Made by a program: the position numbers and the translations under genes. DNA of 64,000 nt from positions 3,101,854 to 3,165,853 of the forward strand of contig MU053758.1 of the NCBI GenBank assembly GCA_013239625.1, read 5' to 3'. The stretch is from Lama guanicoe (Eukaryota). Shown here piece by piece: positions 37,138-48,606 of the stretch. Positions within the stretch are counted from its first letter, which is position 1, and each line of letters begins with the position of its first letter. A model generated the notes under the pieces. It did not search any database. It saw only the letters and a list, made by a program, of their open reading frames with translations, and was not told the origin of the DNA.

Positions 37138-38136
37138 CACAACATCACTTTTACTGGCTGCGTGGTGGTCCATTGTAAGAATATAGTCAACATTATCAAT
37201 CAGTGGATGGTGGGATTTTGATTAGCCAAGACTCGGGTAGAGAAGGAGTAGCCTTATGGGAGGGAATGAGATGAACCCCAAGGGCACAGTAGCTGGTTAC
37301 ATACACCTCAGCAAACTGAGTCAGAAGAGTTCTCAGAATCAGGTAGATTACACTTATAAGAATGTACAATTTTTTTTTTGGTAGGGATATACTGTGGATG
37401 GGAGTGCGCTGCTGCTTCTGAGAAGTCCCGAAGGGTCCCAAGAATAAACCCAGCTGTACAATTTGTCTGACTAATCAGAATCTCAATTAGACCTTACAGG
37501 GCAACTGAAAGTCAGTATTTGACTCCACAGCGTGAGACTAAACATGATGAACACTTAATCATTTTAATAGAGATGCTTTTTCAGGAGTGACTGTTAGGGA
37601 TTAGTGATGACCACTCTTCCTGTCCCTCATTCCCCTCTTTCCTTCCCCACTATTCTCTCCTGATCAGGAGAAATCTTCGGTAAAACAAAGCCAAGAGTCA
37701 GGGACTTAGTGATAGAGATTTATTTGTCTTGTTTCACACTGGAGTTTCTGAAAGATCCAAAAGGGAAGTTCAGGTTGGGCCAGGAGAGCTTCTTGGGAGG
37801 GAGAGGAGGCAGGGGGAGAAAGCAGGTGGAGGATGCCACCCACTTGGATTTCAAGTGACCCAAAGGGCGATTCAATAGAGGGGAAAAAAAGCTTAGGTTT
37901 CATTTACTCTTCTGTGCAGGTGGGAGAAGAGGAAAATGTGAATTACTTTCTTGTGATCTGATAGAGAAAGAGCCGCAGAGCTGTGGAGGGGTGCAGAGAT
38001 GCTGGCTACAGTGTGGTTTCTAAGACAACCTATTCTCAAGTGAGAAAGCCGGTCAGACTTACAGGTATCTTTGGGGGCCCTTTTTATAGGATGTGGTAAA
38101 CATTTATAAAGCCTTAGGGATCATACCAGACCATTT

Positions 38137-38425
38137 ATTTAACTTTTAAAAAATTAAAGTATAGTCAGTTTACAATGTGTCAATTTCTGGTGTATAACAC
38201 AATGCTTCAGTCATATATGAGTATACATATATTCATTTTCATATTCTTCACCATAAGCTACTACAAGATATTGAATATAGTTCCCTGTGCTCTACAGTAT
38301 AAACTTGTTTATTTATTTTATATATACACCAGTCAGTAACTGCAATTCTCCAACTCCCAGTTTATCCCTTCCCACCCCCTTCCCCCTGGTAACCGTAAGT
38401 TTGTTTTCTATGTCTGTGAGTCTCT
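38137..38425 (-). mobile_element. Lineage-specific L1 3' end
   Basis: TSD taccagacc(a/c)ttt at 38124-38136 and 38426-38438. Confidence 0.88.
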
Positions 38426-41400
38426 TACCAGACCCTTTTTTGACTGACTGTGTCCAGGGACAGATCTATTCTAACCAAGTCCAGCCGGGAAGAGTGATAA
38501 AGAATCATACAAGTCCACACATCGCCCAGGAGAACATATTCTTGTGAAAATCTTCAACCTGACACCTTGTTAAATCTGATTCTTTGAAGTGTCTCTTAGA
38601 TGTAGAGAGGCACATCTCCCTCTCCAGCTTCAGGGCAGAGACCATCGTCCGCAGTTCCTTCTTAGGTGCTTGAGTATATTACTTACTAACTGCACAAGGT
38701 GGAGCACATAGTGTTTTTGTTTGCCATCTTTTGATTCCCTGTGATCACGGAAATTGTAAAGCTTTCTTCTGGTAACGGATGATGCTGACACCCCTCCCTC
38801 ATGCTGTGGGCGTGAAAATGGTTATGTACGTGATTACTGCTTTTAGGAACCAGCAGCCCCTCAACTTTAGTGACACAAGAAAAGTGAATCTAGGAAGGAT
38901 ACAATTCACTTCAAACCTTTCACAAATCACACCACGAAAACCCAGTTGAGATCATCTGTTACAGAAAAGGTTTGCTCACTTTGCAACAATTCACCCTGTG
39001 ATGACGTTAAAAGAGATAGTTCTTCTCATGCATTTAGTATCTTTTTTTTCAAAGATGAGCCTTGTTGAGATGGCACTGTGTGCCTAGCTCTGTAGAAAAG
39101 CCACACAAGTCAGGTCCCTAAGGCAGATGCACGCCCCCTCATTCTATGCAAGTGAGTTTCTGGTGTCTTTCAGTACCCACCTCCAGCGCCTAGTGAGAGA
39201 GTCATGCCACCCAGGAAAGTGGGAAATGCTACTTAGGAACAGCGCCCACGTTCCAGCAGACAGTAATTCCTGGTGGCTGGCAACCTCTCTCCAAATGCTT
39301 GCAAAGTAGCACGAGCATGGGTCTAACAGACTCTCTGCCGGAAACCAGGTTGCCAGGGAAGCAAGTGCTACATCAGAGGAAGAAGCCCAGGACAATGACG
39401 CACCAAAGGCCAAATGCTGGCAAGGTGCAAGGGCAAGAGTGGCCATCAGGCCATTTCTGTGTCATCCAGTTATGAAAGCTAACTCTATTTAATTCACTTT
39501 AGTTGAAATAAGAGGGCCAGTTCCACCGCAGGGTGGAAGACACTCGCAGTGGATGCAGTGGGAGATCGGAGGACCAGGAAGCAAAAGTGCCACCTATCCT
39601 GCATCTGTACTGATGATTGAAATGGTACCATTTCACTCTAGTTACGCTTCATGAGCTGCTGTCTGAAGAACGCAGATTCTCTCAGAAGGAAGCAGGGCGT
39701 CACTGATGCCTTCAAGTTTTGAAGTTGGGGGTGTGGGGAGGGTAAGGAGTAGGCGTAGGAGGGTAAGTGTGTATATGTCACCAAAGATAGTTTGTCTCAT
39801 TCCCACTGAACATAAGCTCCTTGAGAGCACAGGGTTTTGTGTCTTGTTCACTGATGTGTCCCCACATCCGAGGTGCCCTGGAACCGAGTCTGGCACATCA
39901 GAGATAGTAAATACTTGTTAAATGAATAGTTCTCAAATGTTAAGCTGAGCTAGTCCTTCTAATGAAGTGGTTGCCTCACTGTGAAGCCCCATGGGGAAAA
40001 AAAAAGTGGCATAAGGTTGGGTGCCTGTCCAGAGGTCTGGCCGTGCACTGGCCCTAGAACCCCTTGGTATTCATTCACCCATTCACTCATCCCTTCACTC
40101 ATGGAACATTTACCAGCCCCTCTTCTGTGATACACCGTGTGTATTAGCCACTGGGCACAAAGATGAAAGCCAGTAAATATTCTTTAATACTTCCCATGAG
40201 CCAGGCTCTAGGGGGTACCACGGTGACTTAGACTGGGACCACATCCTTGCTAGGAGACACAGACTGTTAAAACCACACAAAGAGAGCATCTCACCCCATC
40301 TGGATGTGGAGGCGCTGGGAAAAGCTTCACAGATGCAGGCACGTGTAGGCTGCATCTTGACCGCAGGGTAGATGTTCGTGGGCCCGGGGCGGGGCGGGGC
40401 TGGGGCGGGGCGAGCATTCAGGCTGCATGTATCTAGGTCTGGCATCTCGCAAAGGCACACTGGGGCCACCCTCCAGACAACTCCTCACTCATGGTTTCCC
40501 CACCCCCAAACCTCTGAATATGTCCTTCCTTTTCGCTACTCCTTCCTCATTCATCCCAGCTTGGCTCACTCCACGGCCTGCCTCCATAGCAAATGAGCAG
40601 CACAGATGAGTTACTATTAATCCCAGTAAACATGAGAAATGTTCCCAGAGCTCGGTGGCATTATTGGTACTGGTATGGCTAGGGGACTGCAACTCTCATT
40701 TAGCTGCTGTTCACTGGGCTGGCTCCCTTGGGGACTTGCTGTGGGATGTGGGGCAGGCTGGGCAGGGTGAGGGCATTCCTGGGCTCTCTGAACCACTGAA
40801 ATCCCACCAGGTCCCACCAAGGACGCACGGATGGTGGGCCACGTCTTCTAGCATAACACAGAGCCAATGTCAGTACTTGCTCTTCATTTGAAGGTGTCCA
40901 AGCCCAGGCTGGAGACCCTCTGACAGGGCAATATGGTGGCGCATTGACCCCATGGGCCTTTCCACCCACCATCCCGTTTGCTGTGATTCAGCGATTCTTG
41001 AGGTCTTGAGCCTGAGACGTCAGAATCCAGTCACATGGCTGCTACCAGAGGACACTGTTAAAATGCCACCAGAAGAATGTTGTTTTGGTGCTTTTACACA
41101 TCAGCTGCTAAGCTTTGCAGGATCTTTCCCTTCCCGGGGTGAAGTGAGAGAAGAGGAAGTGAAAACAGGAGGGGAGAGTTTTCGTATAGCACCTCTTGCC
41201 TTGTAGGCAACAACCAAAAACCCCTTGGGTTTTGAACAGTGCCTTGTACTTTCTGTAGCTTGGCTCCATCCATGAATTGCCTCTTGTGGTTCCCAGAGCT
41301 CTCCTGGTGGGAGGCAGAATTCTGAGCTGCCCCAGATTTTCCTTTCATTTGCAGACAGGAGGCGCCCCTGAGGCTGGAGTCAAGGGCTGGGGACTGGCTA

Positions 41401-41865
41401 TTCTGCGAGGAGGTAGCTCTTCAGAGCCCTTCTGGAGAGGTGCTGGGAGTTTCTGAGTTTTTCCAGGAAATCGGGGTGGACTCTCATCCACGCCCAGTGA
41501 AGAAAGGTCTATGTGAACGGGGATGCAAGCTGATGGTCCTCCAGCACCCAGCACCGAGTCACCATCTGCTGACCTTTTCCAGCTGTGGGACTCTCCTGGG
41601 TGTTGGGGATCCCCTACCCCAAATCCTGGAGTCTCTGAGGGCTCCCAATTGCCGTATCTGCTGCCTAGAGAGGGGTGCTTCCCCAGAGTCCAGGAGGCAT
41701 ATCTCAGCCTGTCTTGTTATTTTAACACTCTTCACTGACAACCCGTTCCCTTGCCTCCCCATCAGGAGGACTGAGTGGAGACTGAGGTTCCATCTGAGCT
41801 GGAATCAGAACCATCCAAACAAGCAGCTCCCCAACCCCACCCCGACTTAAGCAACCGGGTTATTG

Positions 41866-42480
41866 TGTTACCAAAACAAATTTGGGTCTGCTGAGAGTAG
41901 TAAAGCCAATTTACTGACACCAGGTTGTGCTGAAGGAAAGCATAGCAATTATTTCAGGGCGCCAAGCAAGGAGCATGGGTGACTCATGCCCCAAAGACCC
42001 AAACTCCCAGATGGATTTCAAGGAAATGTTTTTAAATTTGGAGTGAGGTAGAGGGTTGCGTGGTGTGTGGTCAGCTCATGAACATTCTTCTGATTGGTTG
42101 ATGGTAAGGGAATCAGGAGTCACCATCTGGTTCCAACTGGTCTGGGGTGTATGTGCGTGTGGTCCGCATGCAGTTAACTACTTCCACCTGGTAGGGGTTT
42201 CAGTAACTGCAAAATAGCTTAAGGATATGGCTCAGAATGTTATCTATAGCCCTTGAGGAAGAACTAAGGTTTCTTGACTTTAATGGCTAAACTATTACTA
42301 TTTGGTCTTGCTTGACTGTTTTCCTTTGTGCTTGCTCTCACCTCTCTGACTAAATTTGTTCTTTGGAGCTCTGTGAAGGCCTAGGAGGCTGACGGTTTTC
42401 TACAGACAAGGGGCAGGAGGAGGACATGGTGTGGGGGAGGTCTGTCCCGGGAATGCCCCATAGGGCCCTGCTTGGTTATA
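41866..42480 (-). mobile_element. ERV1-type solo LTR (MER34/MER39-like)
   Basis: Termini tgttacc...ggttata, near 4-bp TSD attg/attc, internal gcgccaagcaaggag...aaagacccaaactccc...ttcttctgattggttg. Confidence 0.75.
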
Positions 42481-45184
42481 ATTCCCTCTTTTCTTTGATA
42501 TTCCTCAATCTTGAGGAGGAACAGGTGCAGGACAAGAAGGGAGAAAAGCTTTGGATAGTTAATCATAAACTCAGCAGAGGAACTTGGTTTTAGGGGGACC
42601 CGATTTCAACTGCTGCTCCTTCCATTTCTGCTCTTCCTTCCCTCCTGAAGGGCTGTCTCTCCATCTCCCCCTGCCCTTTCTGAGCCACCTCAGACACTGC
42701 ACTCCCGAAGCCTTCCCTGGTGTCCGCACCCAGGACTGCTGGCTCCCACCTGGGAGCTCCACCGGCTTGTGGGACCATACGTGGCCCCTGACTGAGGCGT
42801 TCAGTGCATTCCTCTCCTCTTTCTCTGAGGGCTGGGGTCCCCCCATCTTTGAGTGTGCCCCATCACAAGACTATGAAACTCTCAGTATGTATGGAATGAA
42901 CACATAGAGAAGATCTCTCATTGGCTCCTCCACCTCTGTCCACCATCTCTTTTTTGGAGAAGAGGCAGTTTGTCTGTTTCTGAGGGAGAGATTGGAGCGA
43001 GAGCCAGGAAGGAACATAGCAAATCCTCCCCCTCTGCCCCACCCACCTCCCATCATCTGGGAGAGCTGGAATCTCACGAGAGTCAGGGTCAGGATCAGCT
43101 TCTCAGGGGTGTCCAGCCAGAGCGACTGGGAATAACAGAGCAGTTTGCTGGTCTGGGGCAGGATGAATGGGGCAGAAATCCTTGCAAACAGGACCCAGGC
43201 ACTGGAGGAATTTGCTGGCCTACAGGCTTGGGAAGGGGGACGAGGGGTGTTCATTTCCAGGTGAGGCCAGGATGGTTCTCCCCAGGTGTATCCCATCTTC
43301 TGGCTTCCTAGGGCCTAGAGAGTGGGCAGGACGGCCAGCAGCCAAGGTGCTGGGCAACCTCCAGCGTGGCCCCCTTTGACCCTGGAACCATGCTTCCAAA
43401 TTGATAAAGCTCAGGGACAGAGTTGATTCAACCACTATTCAAATTTCCTGTAAACTAATACCTACCTCCTTCTCCTTGATCTGGGGAGAGGCATGGGGTC
43501 CTGAGATAGGCGCTGGGTGGAGACTTCATTTGGTGGGGCTTCATTGGCATCCCTGGAGTCTCGAAACTGGATGAACAGGAAGTATCCTGTTTAAAACATG
43601 CATAAACCATCTCACACCTTTTCTGAAGTACCACAGAGGGGTGGGTGGAGCCTGTGGTTCGTGTGAGGGGCTGTGAGGGAGGGATTAGCTGCTGGGTGGC
43701 TGCCTCGCCTTGGCACAAGACCCAGGTCTGATCCCCAGAGCCCGGCTCTCACCGCTGGGAATCTGCCCCGATGACCTCTGTCCATCCTTAGTCATCTGCA
43801 CACCGCCTACTCAGCCCAGCCCAGCGGCTGAATCCGTCTCCATCTCTTCATTTTGATGGCAGCCTGGAATTGTTATCCTTCACAGATCATGTCTTGGAAG
43901 GACACCAGCCTCTTATTACATCTCCCAGCCTGTCTGGGGACTGTTTGGCTAATCTGGTCTTTTTGGCTGCTGGATTCACCTCTGGCCTGGGTGTTCCGAC
44001 GCCACCTCTGGCCCCAGTTGGGTGGGAAGATGGAGAAAATAATGAAGCCCAATGAGTTGAAAGGAGAATTAATTCCCCTACACAAACTTTTGTTCCTTCT
44101 CTTCCTGGAGAACCTCAGATGTGTTGATCCAGGGCTGTCCTTTTTTTCTTTTGTAACCAGGTCTAATTTATGGCAACACTTTTTTTTAAACTGTATTTTT
44201 CACTAGACTGTAGTTCATAGGAACGTGACAACACAAAAGACATTTTCCTTGGTGTTGATAAAAATGATTTAACTGTATGAAACCCAATTTTGCAAAGAGA
44301 TGAATAAAAGTTCACCCCTGATCTTACCACAAATGCTCTGGATCCAGTTTCTGTGTTTGCCCTTCCAGGTCTTGCCTGAATGCATATTTAGTTGTACGCG
44401 AGTATGATCCCAATACACATTTACTTTTGGAAAGAACCTAAGCTGAGGGTGTATGTGTTGCCCTGTCTTGCTACATATTCTTTCTCACCATCATTATCTT
44501 GCAAAATACCTGTAGTATCATTATTTATTTAATCAACCTCCTCTGGGTGGATATTTTCTGGGCTCCGTCAGTCCCTGGGGGCCAGGAGGAGAGGGTGTCC
44601 TGGCTTCAGAGCAGAGTTCAAATGATCCCAGTGATTCCTCCTGTGCTACCCGCACCTGGACCCTGGGCCTGACTTCTGCCAGTGGGCGCCGGCCGCGCTC
44701 GGATTCCTACCGAAGGGAGCGTAGGAAAAGAGCATTTCCGGGGCATATTTTTGGCAAGTTCTTCACTCCTGCTGGTTCTCACCCACTGGGCTCTGATCAT
44801 TTGTCTCGACATCTCCTCTAGGGTTCTTGGAATATAATAGGTCTCAGCAGTTGTTTGTTGAGTGAATGAAAGTCAAAGGAATGATTCACAGCTCACAAGG
44901 AAACATGTAAGTCACCAACCCCGGGTCCTTTCTCCAGCCTGGGCTGCGGAATCTGATACATGACTGTTTTAGGGCTGAGGGCTTTGTTTCAAGGCCAGGA
45001 GCCTCATCATTCAAAAGCTTATTTCCTTCTCCTAAGTAGCCCCTCCACTTCTTTCCTTAGAATCCTGGTCTGTGCTGTCCCCTCCCCATCCCCCAACTTC
45101 AGCCGTAAAGTGATGATGACGATTCCATAGTGCAGGGTCCCCATCCCGCCCCTGCATCCAGCTTTAGGTCCCTTTTAATTTAAT

Positions 45185-45285
45185 GAGGTGGCCGGTTTGT
45201 CTCAGCTTGCCCAGGACTTTCCCAGTTTTAGTACTGAAAGTCCCCCCTCAGTCCGGGGTAAACCGGGACGGTTTTGTCCTGGTTC
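45185..45285. mobile_element. MER81-like hAT-Blackjack MITE
   Basis: gcccaggactttcccagttttagtactgaaagtccc...cagtccggggtaaaccgggacggtt. Confidence 0.65.
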
Positions 45286-45309
45286 CCTGCATCCAGTTCT
45301 TCACAGAGT

Positions 45310-45324
45310 CCTGTAGAGGGCGCT
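45310..45324 (+). promoter_or_regulatory. Candidate CTCF site
   Basis: CCTGTAGAGGGCGCT is a close match to the CTCF core and sits in a CpG-retaining patch. Confidence 0.5.
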
Positions 45325-45821
45325 GGAGGCACAGCGCGCCCGAGCCAGGTGCCACGGTGGATGGAGCCCAACAAGGGCTCTCCCAGGGGGTAGGTGATAC
45401 CACACAGACACCTTCAGAAAAGGGGTTCTGCCTCTGGCCGGAAAGCAGCCCCCTCGTCTCCTCCTGGCAGGGAATGCCCGTGTCAGGGAACCGACCCTGT
45501 TGGAGAGGAGGGAGTTACCTTGTCCACAAACTTGGTGCTCAGAGCCTTCTCTGTTTCTTGCTCCTGAAAAAGCAAATCATGGATAAATAAAATGCAATTC
45601 AGTTTCAGGCTCTCAAGCTACCCAGGGTGTTCCAGCACTAACTGCCCTGATGGCGGGACACTCCGGCTGCGTTGACCTAGAACACCCTCAGCCACAGCAG
45701 AACAAATTGGCTTACTTTCTTTCAAGTGTGTCTGCCAACCACCCACCCTCCCCTGGTTTATAGATCTACCTTGGGAAAGTAAGTGGGAAGTCATAAAATT
45801 TACTTTCAAAGTGGGTAATAA

Positions 45822-45870
<49 letters not shown>
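45822..45870. repeat. (AAT)n trinucleotide microsatellite
   Basis: About 16 perfect aat units. Confidence 0.95.
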
Positions 45871-45875
<5 letters not shown>

Positions 45876-46221
45876 TTCTTGCTACAATTCTAGTACCAGG
45901 GGAGATCTGAGCAGATCCTATTTTGGGTATTAGCCTGGCTGCCACCAACTCCAATCAGCTGTTTTGATAATCCCAGGTTTCCTGCTTCAGTGCGTAACGC
46001 CTATGGCTGATGTGTTGGGTTCAACTGGGTTGCAGAGTGGTTAGGACAGATCCAATCATGGTGGGATCCTTTACCAGTTCTCTCACTTGCTCCCCCTTTG
46101 TTGTTAAGCTACATAGTCTGGGCAATAACTACAGTTCATTAGGTGTGCTGTGAGAACTGTTTTATAAAGCGGGTCTGTCTGAGAACACCAAGAAAATGAT
46201 TTAAAGACAGAGCTGCTATTT

Positions 46222-46351
46222 TATGTTATTTTTTAATTCTTATTTTTTTATTGAAGTGTAGTTGATTTACAATGTTAGTTTCGGGTGTACAGCAAAGTGA
46301 TTCAGTTATACATATATACATACATGTTTTTTTCAGATTCTTTTTCATTAC
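46222..46351 (-). mobile_element. Short L1 3' end
   Basis: TSD acagagctgc(t/c)attt at 46207-46221 and 46352-46366. Confidence 0.85.
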
Positions 46352-46489
46352 ACAGAGCTGCCATTTCTGACTTGGAATGTCATCTGCATGGCTTTCCATC
46401 TACACAGATATCTGGGAAACGACTCTAGGATCCAGTCTTTATTACTGTTCTATAAAGAGAAGTTATTTGCTTCTTAAAAAATCATTTTA

Positions 46490-46722
46490 TTGGGAGTTCA
46501 AGATTTGCAGATGCTAACTACTATATATAAAATAAACAAGTTTATACTGTATAGCACAAGGAACTGTATTCAGTATCTTGTAGTAACCTACAATGAAAAA
46601 GTATGTGAAAACGAATATATGTTTGTATAGTACGACTGAAACATTATGCTGTACACTGGCACAATATTGTAAACCAACTATACTTCAATAAAAAAAAACC
46701 CAGCCCTCCCCCCCCCAACGCC
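46490..46722 (+). mobile_element. L1 3' end
   Basis: ttgggagttcaagatttgcagat...tacttcaata + poly(A). TSD aaatcatttta at 46479-46489 and 46723-46733. Confidence 0.85.
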
Positions 46723-46844
46723 AAATCATTTTAAGACCTGGAAGGGTCAGGAGGAAAGTGTTGATGCTTTTAAAGAGCTGCAGAGGAGAGGCGGCCAGGT
46801 GGCAGTCACCTGCGTTTGTACCTCACGGGTGGAATTGGAACTAT

Positions 46845-47070
46845 CACCCATGGAGACGGAGTCAGACAGGATCTGGGTGGGAATCCTGTCTCCCTCAGAA
46901 ATTAACCATGTGATCTTGGACAAGTTATGTAAGTTCTCTGAACCTCAGTTTCTCCACCTTTAAAACAAGGATGATATTCCTAGTATCCCCCCATTAGATT
47001 GTTGTCAGGGATCAATGAGGTGATTGTGCCCGAAACACTTAGCTTTGAGCCTGGTGCCTGGTAGGTGTTC
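46845..47070 (+). mobile_element. MIR SINE relic
   Basis: tgtgatcttggacaagttatgtaagttctctgaacctcagtttctcc core. Confidence 0.7.
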
Positions 47071-48137
47071 ACCACGATTTGAGCGGCTCCTTTTTTCTTA
47101 ACTTCAAGCTGAACAATATTGCTTATTCTGTTAAACCAATGATTTCTTCAGCTAGAATCACGTAGCAGTTGATTAAGTTATGGCTTTCTTTGTATTTAGA
47201 CACACTCACCGACTGGGTTTGGATGTTTCCAAATTTTCTTGGGGATTCTATCTTGAATTATCATCATCATCAACCCCACCACCAGCTAACTTGTATTGAG
47301 TGTTGACTATGTACCAGACATCGGGCAAAATACTTTTCATACAATCTGTCATTTTCTCCTCAAAACCACCCTGGGAAATTGATACTGTAGTGATTTCATC
47401 CTCACTGTGCAGATAAGAAAACTGAAATGGTATATATGCTGCCGAAGCGAGTATGAGAAAACTGAAGCGGTAAAACTGGACTTGAACCCAGAATGGCACT
47501 AAGGGCTGTGTTCTTTGCTGTCCCGCCCCACCTCCTCTCTACCATGGCTAACTTCATCCTTTACAGGATGGATGTCAGGAGTCTTGCTTTTGGAGAGCGT
47601 GTTAAACTCTCGGTTCCTGGGTACTGGTTACAGCTGGTTTTGGATTTCTGGTGACACTGGTGCTGATAACATGACCAATGGTGCAGTCACCTGCAGTCTA
47701 AGTAAACCGGCATAATGGGAAACATGAAAAAGTACCACATGGTGAAGATGGCAAACTCTTGGCCAAGTTCCATCCAACTGAGCTCCAATGAATTTCTGAC
47801 CATCCTGAGGAGCTGCTCTCCCCAGGAGAAGCCATGGAGAACAGTTCTAGTCCTGATGTTGAGACAGCTGGATCTTTGATGAGTCATTTGCTTCTCTTGG
47901 GCCTCAATTTCCCCTTTTGGAAAATGAGGGGATTAAGCCAAATTGATGGTTCTCAAACCTTTGAAGTGCTAGCTTCCTAGGTTCTGCCCTGAATTAGAGT
48001 AGACTCTAATTCAGCAGGCTTGGGTGGGGTCCCACAGCCTCCCTGGGGAAATTCTCATCCCCATTAATTTGAAAAATGGCCACCTAGACTGTGACTGACA
48101 TTTGACTTGAAAGCTAATATCCCAGGAAATGTACGGT

Positions 48138-48606
48138 TTTTTTTTTAATTGAAGTGTATTTTTTTTAAACATTTTTTATTGATTTATAATCATTTTACAA
48201 TGTTGTGTCAAATTCCAGTGTAGAGCACAATTTTTCAGTTATACATGAACATATATATATTCATTGTCACATTTTTTTCTCTGTGAGCTACCATAAGATC
48301 TTGGATATATTTCCCTGTGCTATACAGTAGTCAGTTCACAGTGTTATGTCAATTTCTGATGTACAGTATAATGTTTCAATCATACACATACATACATACA
48401 TTCCTTTTTATATTTTCATTATAGTTTACTACATGATCTTGAATATAGTTCCCTGTGCTCTACAGTAGAAACTTGTTGTTTATCTGTTTTATATATAGTA
48501 GTCAGTATCTGCAAATCTTGAACTCCCAATTTATCCCTTCCCATCCCCATTCCCTACCCCCTTCCCCTCCCCCCATAACCATAGGCCTGTTTTCTATGTC
48601 TGTTGA
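48138..48606 (-). mobile_element. Nested L1 3' ends (younger copy ~48160-48329 inside an older copy)
   Basis: The older element's ttaattgaagt.ta|gtcagtt.aca is split by a second poly-T-headed L1 3' end (aacattttttattgatttataatcattttacaatgttgtgtcaaattccagtg). Confidence 0.8.
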
